A stretch of 64,000 nucleotides of DNA from a bacterium (lineage in GTDB: Bacteria; SZUA-182; DTGQ01; JAFGSM01): contig JBLIRP010000002.1 of NCBI GenBank assembly GCA_049472355.1, positions 35,252 to 99,251 on the forward strand. The letters are read 5' to 3'. A model generated the notes under the pieces. It saw only the letters and a list, made by a program, of their open reading frames with translations, was not told the origin of the DNA and ran no database searches. Within the stretch, counting starts at the first letter, position 1; every line of letters begins with the position of its first letter. A program made the translations under genes and the position numbers. Positions 9,658 to 20,495 of this stretch are shown here, one piece after another.

Positions 9658-10656
9658 ATGAAGACAATAATATTTGTTGGATTTATTTTATTAGGATTTA
9701 TCCCAATCATTATTATTTTAAATCTTTTTCTTTACAAGCTCTATCATAATTTTGCCGAAAAATCATTCGAAAATAACAATTGTATCGTTCTTACAAATGA
9801 GAAAATATGTGATGTTCTTGAAAATTGCAGTCCTTCGAAATCAATTATGATTTTTAAGTCTGCAATTTGTGACAATTGTGAAGTTGAAGGTTTGAGATAT
9901 TACACAAAGTATCCGTTTGGGTCCAATATTGTTACGGCTCATGATAATCATAGAAGAGCGATTATTGCCTTTAACATTGGGCAGATGCTTTCAAAAGGAA
10001 AATTAGATCATGATGATATGAATTTATGTGCCGATATTCTCATCTGTTTAACGAATTATACAAAAGAGACTTACTACACGCAGCTTTTTGCATGGCAAAG
10101 CTTAGTTAATTTGTTTTATTTTCAAAAAGAGGCATTACTTGATCGTATCACCATTGATTATATAAAAGCCAGTATTACAAGAAATTTTCAGACAGGTATC
10201 GGGCCTATTAAATTTATTTTTGATATCAAAGCCCATAAAAGTATGAAAAAGAATTCAGAGGACTTTATCAAGGAAATAATACTGTTTGCTATAAGACATG
10301 CAGCGATGCCTCTGCGTGCGCTTTTGGTGTTCAAATTGAATAAAAGTCCTCATTTTGACCAGACTCAAAAGACCGAATATATGAAAAATTTGCCCAAGAA
10401 TCGCGAATTTGAAAGGTTTTTAATGCAGATGAAGGTTCTATCCTTTGGTTTCGCTCGGGAGGAATTAGAGGAAGGGATAAAAAATCTTGGTTTGCAGCCG
10501 CCCCCATATTCCAGTAAAACGACTGAAGGGGAGATCGTCCAACTTTTACTCAAAGATTTCATTGAAGAGATCTACGTGCCTGTATCCTATTTGATGCACA
10601 ATTATGATCGCTGGGATATACCGAGGCATCAGTCGGGAGATTTCTTATGGTATTAG
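9658..10656 (+). CDS. Unrecognised membrane-anchored protein, paralog 1
   Basis: N-terminal TM helix; colinear with 33784-34779 along its whole length. Confidence 0.85.
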   Translation: MKTIIFVGFILLGFIPIIIILNLFLYKLYHNFAEKSFENNNCIVLTNEKICDVLENCSPSKSIMIFKSAICDNCEVEGLRYYTKYPFGSNIVTAHDNHRRAIIAFNIGQMLSKGKLDHDDMNLCADILICLTNYTKETYYTQLFAWQSLVNLFYFQKEALLDRITIDYIKASITRNFQTGIGPIKFIFDIKAHKSMKKNSEDFIKEIILFAIRHAAMPLRALLVFKLNKSPHFDQTQKTEYMKNLPKNREFERFLMQMKVLSFGFAREELEEGIKNLGLQPPPYSSKTTEGEIVQLLLKDFIEEIYVPVSYLMHNYDRWDIPRHQSGDFLWY

Positions 10657-10753
10657 AAGGATGAAGACGAACCATCTGATCGTTTATGTATTACAAACCC
10701 CGGCGTGACAGAGCAACGTAAGGAGGAATTGAGCTGTGAGATGTATGACGGGA

Positions 10754-11227
10754 TTATTCCGAATGAGAAGCGGCCCGGTAGAGTTCGATCGCTGATTTTT
10801 TAAGATCCGCCTCAGCGGCCTTTTCATCAAAGCCCACTCTTCCTACCTGGCCTTCCAGCCAGTTCTGAACCCTTTCCCTGGCGAGAACGGCCAAATCGAC
10901 CTCTGCCTCCCGAGTCACCTTTTCGGCCCCGAATGAAAGCACGGTGACCCTGTTATTCTTAACCTCCAGGAATCCGCCGGCAACAACGACCCAATGGGCC
11001 TCTCCATCCTTTTCATATCGAAGGGGTGCAATAGGCAAGCGGACCAACATAGCGGCATGGTCAGCCAGAATACCGATATATTTCTCTTTGGTCAGTTCGC
11101 CTTCCTCCTGCTCACCTTCCAGGTCCCTGACCACCACAATGTCTATTTCATCATCCTTCAATACACACTTTTCAGGAGTGAGCACTTCGAGGGATATTTT
11201 TCCCTTCCCTTTTTTCAGCTTAGCCAT
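10754..11227 (-). CDS. atpC: F1 epsilon subunit
   Basis: LEVLTPE, IGILADHAAML and VAGGFLEV motifs; acidic insertion. Confidence 0.92.
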   Translation of the reverse strand: MAKLKKGKGKISLEVLTPEKCVLKDDEIDIVVVRDLEGEQEEGELTKEKYIGILADHAAMLVRLPIAPLRYEKDGEAHWVVVAGGFLEVKNNRVTVLSFGAEKVTREAEVDLAVLARERVQNWLEGQVGRVGFDEKAAEADLKKSAIELYRAASHSE

Positions 11228-11244
11228 AGAATCGCTTTCCCTGC

Positions 11245-12693
<1,449 letters not shown>

Positions 12694-13647
12694 TTAGAAT
12701 GCTGTTTGTGATACAGACTCTTGCTCGATTACTCTGGCTGCGCTAAGAATGCCTAATAAATCCAGGGTGATTAAGTCCCTTCTCATTCGATTATATTGGA
12801 TACCCATTTCATGTAACTTTTCTGCGGCCCGGTCCGAGGCATCTTCCATGGCCATCATCCGTGCGCCCTGCTCACTGGCATATGATTCCAATAGCAGATC
12901 AAAGATCTGTATCTTGAAATACATGGGGATCAATTCCTTCAAAATGGTGAGGGAATCCGGTTCGTAGATCCATTTGATGCGTGCGGTTTTATCCTTTGTG
13001 GTCTGCTCTTCAAGACCGAAACTGAACGGCAGCAGCTTGATCACCTTGGGTTCACGTTTGGCGGGTCCATGAAACTTTGTATAGGCACAGTATATCTCAT
13101 CGATATTCTTGTGCAGAAAGAGATCGGTCATATTCATGATCAGAGACAAGGCATCCGATATGGAAACACCTTGCTCCGACCAGGGTTCGATATTTAATAT
13201 CGGAAACGGCGTATTTTTTTTAAAAAAACGCTCACCTCTGAGCCCTTTGATCCAAACACCAACCTCGGCATTCTTATTCTTTCTCAAAATAGTATCCAAA
13301 AAAATCTGAGTCGTTTTGCCTATCCGGCCATTATAATTGCCGCACATACCAATATCCGAAGCAATGACGAAAACGATAATCCTGTTTTGTTTACGCTTTT
13401 TAATTAATAGAGGTGATATTTCGGTCATTACCTCTTCGGAAAACATATCCTTCTCAGAAAAAAGCGCGATCTCGGATTGGATTAAGGCGATTTCCCTCAT
13501 TCTTTCAGCGAACATGCTCAGCGTGGCCGCCTTAAAACGCGTCCTGGCCAGCTTTGCCGCCGCCACAGTGGACATGGTCTCAGTGGTGCCTTTGATATTC
13601 TCAACACTTCTCATTCTGTTCTTTAAATCAATCAACTTCTGTGACAT
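12694..13647 (-). CDS. atpG: F1 gamma subunit
   Basis: TM..VAAAKL, SDIGMCGNYN, SEQGARMMAME.A, YNRMRR..IT. Confidence 0.95.
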   Translation of the reverse strand: MSQKLIDLKNRMRSVENIKGTTETMSTVAAAKLARTRFKAATLSMFAERMREIALIQSEIALFSEKDMFSEEVMTEISPLLIKKRKQNRIIVFVIASDIGMCGNYNGRIGKTTQIFLDTILRKNKNAEVGVWIKGLRGERFFKKNTPFPILNIEPWSEQGVSISDALSLIMNMTDLFLHKNIDEIYCAYTKFHGPAKREPKVIKLLPFSFGLEEQTTKDKTARIKWIYEPDSLTILKELIPMYFKIQIFDLLLESYASEQGARMMAMEDASDRAAEKLHEMGIQYNRMRRDLITLDLLGILSAARVIEQESVSQTAF

Positions 13648-13661
13648 AATTGATACCCGCT

Positions 13662-15473
13662 TTAGACAAATTGCTTTTTGAACTCAGCAATGATTTCCCT
13701 TAAGCCTGAATTGATCTCCGGGGTCAAATCCTTCTTTTCCTGAATCATGTCCATGATATTCTGATAATTCTGATGAGCAAAAGCCACCAACCCCTTCTCG
13801 AACTCCCCGACCCGTTTTACAGGAATATCATCCATCAGGCTGTTGACCACCGCGTAAAGCACCAAGGCCTCCTCTGCCAACGGCATAGGCGCATACTGAA
13901 TCTGTTTTAATAATTCACGCCCCCTTTCCCCTCTGGCAAGCTGGGCCTTTGTGGCCTCATCCACCTCTGCACCAAATTTTACAAAGGCCTGCATCTCATG
14001 ATATTGAGCAAGGTCTATTCTCAACCTTCCGGCGATCTTTTTGATGATCTTGGTTTGCGCTGCACCACCGACCCTAGATACCGACAAACCGACATTAATG
14101 GCCGGCCGAAAGCCCGTATTAAACAAACCGGATTCGAGATATATCTGGCCATCCGTAATCGATATTACATTGGTCGAGATATATGAGGTGACATCCCCGC
14201 CCAGTGTCTCGATGATCGGTATGGCGGTCAACGACCCCCCGCCTTTTTCCTTACTCAGTTTGGCGGCCCTTTCCAACAATCTTGAATGCACATAAAAAAT
14301 ATCACCCGGATAGGCCTCCCTGCCGATAGGTCTCTTCAAGAGAGCCGACATCTCCCTGTAAGCCACCGCATGTTTGGAAAGATCGTCGAAAATAACCAAC
14401 GCATCCCCGCCCTGCTCCATGAACTCCTCACCGATGGCGCAGGCAGTATAAGGCGCCAGGTATTTAAAGGCGGTCTGCTCATTGGCTAGCGCAGCGACAA
14501 TAATCGTATGGTCCAATGCCCCCTCTCTTCGCAAGACCTCCACGACCTTGGCCACGGCTGCGGCCTTCTGACCGATGGCCGCATAGACACATATCAGATT
14601 GTTGCCCTTCTGATTTATTATGGTATCTATGGCCAGGGTGGTCTTTCCGATCTTCCTGTCGCCGATAATCAATTCCCTCTGGCCGCGCCCTATGGGGATC
14701 ATTGCGTCTATCGCCTTTATCCCGGTCTGTACCGGTTCCTTTACAGGCTGGCGCGTCACCACACGGGGAGCGATCCTTTCCACTAATCGATAGCTCGTGG
14801 TGAGGATCTTGCCTTTACCATCGATGGGCTGACCGACAGCGTTCACTATCCTGCCGATCATTCCCTTCCCAACAGGAATCTCCAACTGATGGCCGGTACA
14901 AACAACCTTGGTTCCTTCCTTAATATCTTCTTCAGCTCCTAGTAAAATACAACCTACTGCATCCTGCTCCAAACTAAAGGCCAAACCGTAAACGCTTCCG
15001 GCAAATTCAACCACTTCCATAGAACCCACGTTCTCAAGGCCCGCGACCCTGGCGATTCCGTCGCCGACCTGGAGGACAATCCCCTCCTGGCGCATGTCCT
15101 CAATCTTAAAGGTCGGTTTCGTGGCTTCTATAATCCGCCGTAGTTCCTTGGTAATGTCCTCTGTTTTCAATTGTTGGACATCGCCCTTCAATTCCATAAA
15201 CTTTCTGTCTAATTCACTTACAAAACTCTGCTTGACATCAAGACTGATCTTCTTGTTTCTGTCAAGAAACAGCATTGGGCTTTCCTGTTTAGCGTCCGTA
15301 AATACCTTGATCTGTATTTTCTTTCCCGCAATCTTGGAAAGCTCTTGCTCCAAATTCTCCACAAAATCGGATCTATAAACAGTCGGGCTCAACAAAACCA
15401 AAGGTTGACTGGCGTTATTTAAAGCCTCCTTTAAACCTTCCTGTTTAGCTTCCATCTGTTTAACATTCTCCAT
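13662..15473 (-). CDS. atpA: F1 alpha subunit with ~100-aa delta-like N-terminal extension
   Basis: [38 protein letters not shown]; canonical alpha N-terminus only begins near residue 100. Confidence 0.97.
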   Translation of the reverse strand: MENVKQMEAKQEGLKEALNNASQPLVLLSPTVYRSDFVENLEQELSKIAGKKIQIKVFTDAKQESPMLFLDRNKKISLDVKQSFVSELDRKFMELKGDVQQLKTEDITKELRRIIEATKPTFKIEDMRQEGIVLQVGDGIARVAGLENVGSMEVVEFAGSVYGLAFSLEQDAVGCILLGAEEDIKEGTKVVCTGHQLEIPVGKGMIGRIVNAVGQPIDGKGKILTTSYRLVERIAPRVVTRQPVKEPVQTGIKAIDAMIPIGRGQRELIIGDRKIGKTTLAIDTIINQKGNNLICVYAAIGQKAAAVAKVVEVLRREGALDHTIIVAALANEQTAFKYLAPYTACAIGEEFMEQGGDALVIFDDLSKHAVAYREMSALLKRPIGREAYPGDIFYVHSRLLERAAKLSKEKGGGSLTAIPIIETLGGDVTSYISTNVISITDGQIYLESGLFNTGFRPAINVGLSVSRVGGAAQTKIIKKIAGRLRIDLAQYHEMQAFVKFGAEVDEATKAQLARGERGRELLKQIQYAPMPLAEEALVLYAVVNSLMDDIPVKRVGEFEKGLVAFAHQNYQNIMDMIQEKKDLTPEINSGLREIIAEFKKQFV

Positions 15474-15868
15474 AATCCTTAGCCTTCCATCATAAGTTTC
15501 TTATTATTCAGCAGCCATATTCGACATCCCTCAGCTATTCCCCATATTCCCACTCTAAAATGATAATGACTCTCCTCTACAAACGCCACATACTGGATTC
15601 ATACGAATCAATTCTCGTAAAAATCCTCAAGGCCGATTTCATCTGTACCCGATGAAAAATAGCTGCAGAATAATTATGACAAACTCCATATTGATTAAAT
15701 CGTACGATATTTACTGCAAAACATAAATTGGCTTTAAGGTATAACCCTGATAGATCCAATAACGGTTATTTTGAATCCGGCTCTTGTTATAGGCTACAAC
15801 TCTGTATTCCTCTATTCCATCATAGGCTACAGCCGAAACACAAAAAACCCCCAGGAGCGGCACCCTGA

Positions 15869-16267
15869 TCAAATGATCAGAATCAATGCGACAACCAGGC
15901 AATAAAGACATAATGCCTCAATGATGGCCATACCGATCAACATGGTCATAAAAAGCTTTCCCTGGATCTCGGGCTGTCTTGACATACCTTCCAATGAGGC
16001 CATTCCGAACTTGGCAATCCCCAGGGAGGCGCCGAATGCACCCCAACCGAGCAATATGGCTGCAGCTACTGCCTTTAAAGCCTCAACCCAGGCGACTTCG
16101 CCACCCTTTGTTGTTACGATAGCTGCGGATTCTTCCGCCCATAATGCCAAGGGAGATGACAAAGCCAGTAGAATCGTATTGACAAATACAAAATAAATGG
16201 TTTTTTTGGACCGTATAACCCTTATAACCCTGTTCTTTGTGGAATTGTATAATGATGCAATAGACAT
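15869..16267 (-). CDS. atpE: F0 c subunit with N-terminal leader
   Basis: SRQPE loop and IIEAL carboxylate; ATG 16267 follows SD AAGGAGG; leader ends ALWA-EE. Confidence 0.93.
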   Translation of the reverse strand: MSIASLYNSTKNRVIRVIRSKKTIYFVFVNTILLALSSPLALWAEESAAIVTTKGGEVAWVEALKAVAAAILLGWGAFGASLGIAKFGMASLEGMSRQPEIQGKLFMTMLIGMAIIEALCLYCLVVALILII

Positions 16268-16332
16268 TGAGACCCTCCTTTTAATGATTAAAATAATGGA
16301 ATGTTGCATTGGTTATAAAAGGTTAACCTTGC

Positions 16333-16812
16333 TTAGGATGCCTGCCGTAGACTGTCCAATATGACCTTCTCTACAAGTTCCTTATGACCGTCCTTCTTCG
16401 CCAGATCCGGAAGCGCCCTGTAAGCGGCTGAACTGACCAGATCGATCAATTTCAGATTCGTCTCCTGGAGCAGTTCCTCCCTCTCCCTGGCGATTTCAGC
16501 ACGGGCGTTTTCTATGATCTTGTCGGCCTCTTCCTTGGCCTTTGCGATGATATCATTTTTCATCTTTTCCGTTTGGTTCAAAATCTTCTGTGCATCTACC
16601 CTGCTTTGAGCAAGAATCTCATCCCGATCCCTCAATGCCTTCTCTTGTTCCTCTTTGGCGATTGCACGTTGCCGTAACCCCTCCTCGATCTTTTCCTTTC
16701 TTGCATCCAATATCTCCATTATGGGTTTGAAGAAGAATTTTTTCATAAGAAAAAGAAGGATAAAGAAATTGACAACTAAAAATATTGTTTTTGTAAAGTC
16801 AAAGCCTATCAT
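16333..16812 (-). CDS. atpF: F0 b subunit
   Basis: VNFFILLFLMKKFFFKPI..ILDARKEKI then coiled coil. Confidence 0.93.
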   Translation of the reverse strand: MIGFDFTKTIFLVVNFFILLFLMKKFFFKPIMEILDARKEKIEEGLRQRAIAKEEQEKALRDRDEILAQSRVDAQKILNQTEKMKNDIIAKAKEEADKIIENARAEIAREREELLQETNLKLIDLVSSAAYRALPDLAKKDGHKELVEKVILDSLRQAS

Positions 16813-16878
16813 CAGTTCACCCCGAGTAAAAAGTTTTTTTAACGGAAACTATTTTGTAAACAATATTGCCTTTATCTA

Positions 16879-18159
16879 TTAATGTACGCCTAATTCTTCC
16901 TTGAAATAAAACAGACTCAGCATAACAAAGACCAAGGTCTGTATAATCGCGAAAAGGACATCCATGCAGAAGATCATAAATGGAATAAACAAGGGAACTA
17001 CAAAATAATATCTCTTGATTGCAACGTCAGTAACCATCGAAAGCACACTATGCTCGCCAAATATATTACCAAAAAGTCGCAGTGAAAGTGAAAGAAGTCT
17101 TGCTCCATTATCAACAAGATGCAGCGCAATGAGGAACAAAACAATTATTTTTACAGGAGCCTGTTTTAAGATCCCGAAGGCTATGTTTAATAATTTTGAT
17201 ATAGGCATCCAAACAGCGGATAAAATCTTTTTATGAAAAGTTAAAGCCCTATTCAAATACCGTAAAATAAAGAAAACAATCAAAATAAGTGAATACATAC
17301 TGACGATATTAACGATTACGGTATGCTTGAAGGGTATAAAAAGAATGAACATGATGCCGATACACATAAGCAATGTGCCAATGCCGTAAAAAATCGAATA
17401 TTTGACGAATGAAGCGTCCTCCCCGTCTTCCAATCCCGAGATCCTCAGGAAAAAGCCGACCATGGACTCCGCAAGACACTGAATTCCCCCTGGAACATCA
17501 TCTCTCTGTAGCCTTGATCGTATCCAAAAACCGAATGCCAGCAATAAAACGGTCGCCGCCACACAATAGACAGCCATCAGTTGAAATGGCAAGGATAATA
17601 ATACGGCAATATTATCGATCAAATAGAGAATCAAGAATGGAATCACGAAGAGCTTCCACATGAAGGAACCTTTTTTGGACTGCGTCCTTGAGCCTTGCCC
17701 CTCATGCCTAAAAACCTCTTCCTCATCCGAGGCCTCTTTTTTCCCAAGCCCTGGGATTGGGTCCAGCCATAATTTGGCCGCCTTTTTGGGTCCATTTAAT
17801 TTTATATTGTAATACTGTAAGCCGATGACAACGATCAAGGCCAATGCAAAGGTGTTGCTCCAATCACTGGTTGGCGGATGTGCATGAGGAATTATGAGAA
17901 AAAAATTGGAGATTAAGATAAATAGAACAAAGGTACCCAGAAACGGAAGTAAGTGAGCCAGCTTTTCCTGCCCCAGCTCCGTCCTTATAATGTTGTCCAG
18001 GGATTCTACCAGAACCTCGGCAATATTTTGAACTGAGCCGGGCGCGCCATCCTTTTGCCTGTTTTTGATCGCTAAATACGAAAAGATGAGAAGAATTGCC
18101 GATGTAATTGAACAATAGATTATTTCATAGATCCACGTTAAACCAAAATGAACATGCAT
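16879..18159 (-). CDS. atpB: F0 a subunit, enlarged (426 aa) by internal duplication
   Basis: PG.VQN.AE, PPTSD, LSLSLRLFGNIFGEH (essential Arg), IQTLVF. Confidence 0.92.
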   Translation of the reverse strand: MHVHFGLTWIYEIIYCSITSAILLIFSYLAIKNRQKDGAPGSVQNIAEVLVESLDNIIRTELGQEKLAHLLPFLGTFVLFILISNFFLIIPHAHPPTSDWSNTFALALIVVIGLQYYNIKLNGPKKAAKLWLDPIPGLGKKEASDEEEVFRHEGQGSRTQSKKGSFMWKLFVIPFLILYLIDNIAVLLSLPFQLMAVYCVAATVLLLAFGFWIRSRLQRDDVPGGIQCLAESMVGFFLRISGLEDGEDASFVKYSIFYGIGTLLMCIGIMFILFIPFKHTVIVNIVSMYSLILIVFFILRYLNRALTFHKKILSAVWMPISKLLNIAFGILKQAPVKIIVLFLIALHLVDNGARLLSLSLRLFGNIFGEHSVLSMVTDVAIKRYYFVVPLFIPFMIFCMDVLFAIIQTLVFVMLSLFYFKEELGVH

Positions 18160-18270
18160 TGCTTACTTCTATACCCTTTCTTTTATGCCGCTTGCGAGCC
18201 TTGTATGCGATTTTTGGTAAACGATTTTTATTCATATCGCCTTGAAATTCTCTCTTAAAAAACGATTGTA

Positions 18271-18299
18271 ATGATATCAATAATACCGTTTTTTGTCAA
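18271..18299 (-). promoter_or_regulatory. Sigma70-type promoter of the atp operon
   Basis: Minus strand TTGACA-17bp-TATCAT about 110 bp upstream of atpB. Confidence 0.75.
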
Positions 18300-18420
18300 C
18301 ACCCAAATGAACCAATTCCAAAACATAATCACGTCATTCCTTTTCCCCTCATCGCATACATTTGAGGAGGATTGATCATTCCATAGGATTTCAATACCTA
18401 TTTTTATATAATATTAAATT

Positions 18421-18965
18421 CCAACTGCCCGGCGTCCTCACAGCGATTTGTACCGTCACCGGTGCCAAGGCATCATCCCTATCAGCGGCCCCTTCCCCTC
18501 ACGCAGGGGGCTTTCTGACAGGTCGCAGCATGCGACTATCATCCCGGATTCCTTTGCATGAGCGATCCCTGCACGGCCTCTCCCCATGAATATCCGTTTC
18601 GTGCAGGTCCTCACGTTGTCAAGCCCTGCACTCCGTTCTCATACGTCCATCACCTCTTACGATCATTTACCAATCGACCATTACGAACCAGCGCCTTTTC
18701 CCGCACACCAGCTCAACCGCTTTCCTCTGGTGCGCAGGTCTTATGCGTAAAACATTCTTATGTAAGAATTCGTACGCCTCTTCCGGAAACCTTGGATTCG
18801 CCGATCGTATACGATATTTTGCATCCGCACAGATCCCCGTCGCTGGACTACTTCGAATTTGCCCTTTTGGCCTGATATCCGACCTGTCCAAAAAAATGAC
18901 GCCTAAAGGAACGGTCGGGACCATCCATACCTTCAGGGACGGGAAATCTGAACCACGCACCATTT
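18421..18965 (-). ncRNA. Putative large structured non-coding RNA, family not recognised
   Basis: GC-rich patch in AT-rich flanks with at least 8 stems that use G-U pairs on the minus strand and a GUGA tetraloop; no convincing ORF. Confidence 0.55.
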
Positions 18966-19000
18966 TATCCCCTTCGATATAATTTTTATTATTTTAAAAG

Positions 19001-19049
19001 GTAGCATGATTGCTACCTTTTTTCAGACTCTAAAAAGCACGCCTGCGAC
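19001..19049. promoter_or_regulatory. Tandem enhancer sites for the rightward sigma54 promoter
   Basis: GTAGCA-TGAT-TGCTAC (19001-19016) and AAAGCA-CGCC-TGCGAC (19034-19049), 33 bp apart. Confidence 0.6.
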
Positions 19050-19131
19050 TTGCACCCTGCAGTGAAAATTTCATATCATTGTAACCATATGTTTTTTAAC
19101 GTATTTTTAGCTTTGTAGAGATTATTGTTAT

Positions 19132-19147
19132 AGGCATGCATATTGCT
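19132..19147 (+). promoter_or_regulatory. Sigma54 promoter
   Basis: AGGCAT-GCATA-TTGCT (GG-N10-GC). Confidence 0.7.
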
Positions 19148-19481
19148 CCCCATAAGTGCAGCACTACAGAAATATCCTAATCCCATAATGGCCTTATCCA
19201 CCAAATAAAGATGAAGGAGGGGGGAGAATATCGAATAGAAAAGTCGATGATCTCATAATTCAATCCATCAATTATATATCACTATTCTACGGTTTTCTTA
19301 CGGCCCTTTCATGCCGAGCCTCAGCACACGCGAAGACGTTGTATTAGGGCTCATTGAATTCGTAGTTTTTATCCTTTGAATTTGTCGATCCTGTTATCAT
19401 CGGCCGGAAAATAGTGTTCCAAATAGAGGGAATCAAAAGTCACTATTAAAACCTTACTATATTTAAACAGAGGTCACGCAA

Positions 19482-19940
19482 ATGTACAGAGATAAAGATT
19501 CAACCAATAAGGCTATATTCTATACCAGGGCTGTTAACAGCCCGAAGGATACGTGGTCGATCGATACCCAGATCAAAAGGGCGCAATCGTACGCGAAATC
19601 CACGGGTTTAAATCTGCAGGAAATATTCGTCGATGAGACGCAGGTCCCCATATACTATATAATAAAGGATAGGGCCTCCGTATCATCTCAAAAATCCTTC
19701 CAGCCCAAGAGGCTTCTTATGCCCGATTTAGTTCCGGTTTATCAAGAGGCTATGACACAACTCATTGAAATGACAGCTTTTCAGAGGATGCTCGCGTACA
19801 TTCGTTCGAATCCGGTCAATGTACTTCTGATTTCAAAGCTTGAGATCTTGTTCGCAAACATGAAGGATGCATTCAGCTTCGTTGACAATGAGCTAAATCC
19901 CCGGCGAATCGCCCTTAAGACCCTTGGTGAGATTAATTGA
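19482..19940 (+). CDS. Serine-recombinase (resolvase) catalytic-domain homolog, apparently inactive
   Basis: AIFYTR...SIDTQI...IFVDE...FQRML...VLLISKL pattern; YxRxS reads YTRAV and DRLxR reads EILFA; SD GAGG. Confidence 0.75.
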   Translation: MYRDKDSTNKAIFYTRAVNSPKDTWSIDTQIKRAQSYAKSTGLNLQEIFVDETQVPIYYIIKDRASVSSQKSFQPKRLLMPDLVPVYQEAMTQLIEMTAFQRMLAYIRSNPVNVLLISKLEILFANMKDAFSFVDNELNPRRIALKTLGEIN

Positions 19941-20090
19941 TCGTCGTTGGAAGTAAATCAGAAATATAAATTCGGGATTGAAATATTCCCCTGCTTGAGG
20001 ACAACGGGGTATTTAGAAAAGACAAGAATGTTCACCGGTATTTCGTATTATTATAAGGTTATTAATCTCCCTCAACCAGGATAAATCAAT

Positions 20091-20489
20091 ATGCAAATGA
20101 CGAAGAATACGAGTAAAACCAAGGGAATTGTTGTCTGCAATACAACATTATGCTTAAATTGTGGTAATTGTATTGTTGCATGCAAAAGGAGGCATAAAAA
20201 TATTTCACGTCATAGAAGAGAGGGCGCGACTTTAATCGGCATAAGTTTATTTCCTGATTTATGCAGTCTATGTCAAGATGCCAAATGCATAGAAGCCTGC
20301 AATCGCAACGGGCTGGAAAGAGATGAGAATGGGTATATCATTGTTACGGACAAATGCGTAGGATGCGGTTCCTGCGCCAGGGCTTGCCCTTATAACGCCA
20401 TACTGCTTTTTTCCGAGCCAGAGGGAATAGGTTCTTTTTTGGGAGACTTTGTTTCTTATATCAAAAGCTTTGTGAAAAAAAATGGATGA
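20091..20489 (+). CDS. 4Fe-4S protein, N-terminal part of a DmsB/HydN-type ferredoxin
   Basis: CLNCGNCIVAC, CSLC...CIEAC, CVGCGSCARACP; lacks the final KCDxC...CP segment. Confidence 0.8.
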   Translation: MQMTKNTSKTKGIVVCNTTLCLNCGNCIVACKRRHKNISRHRREGATLIGISLFPDLCSLCQDAKCIEACNRNGLERDENGYIIVTDKCVGCGSCARACPYNAILLFSEPEGIGSFLGDFVSYIKSFVKKNG

Positions 20490-20495
20490 GATACT

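Noticed and set aside
15577..15911. Short ORFs as a possible atpH
   Set aside because: No similarity to delta and no SD
18421..18960. Group II intron (starts GUGCG), group I intron or RNase P (GAGGAAAG)
   Set aside because: No domain V/VI, no interrupted gene, no matching P7 pair, and no GAGGAAAGUCC/CGGCUUA P4 pairing
18667..18963. 98-aa ORF with an SD-like AAGGGG
   Set aside because: No protein-like motifs and it covers only part of the structured GC-rich patch; an RNA is the better explanation, though coding is not excluded
19482..19940. Active integrase mobilising the island
   Set aside because: Catalytic residues and DNA-binding domain are absent; I saw no att repeats or tRNA at the edges
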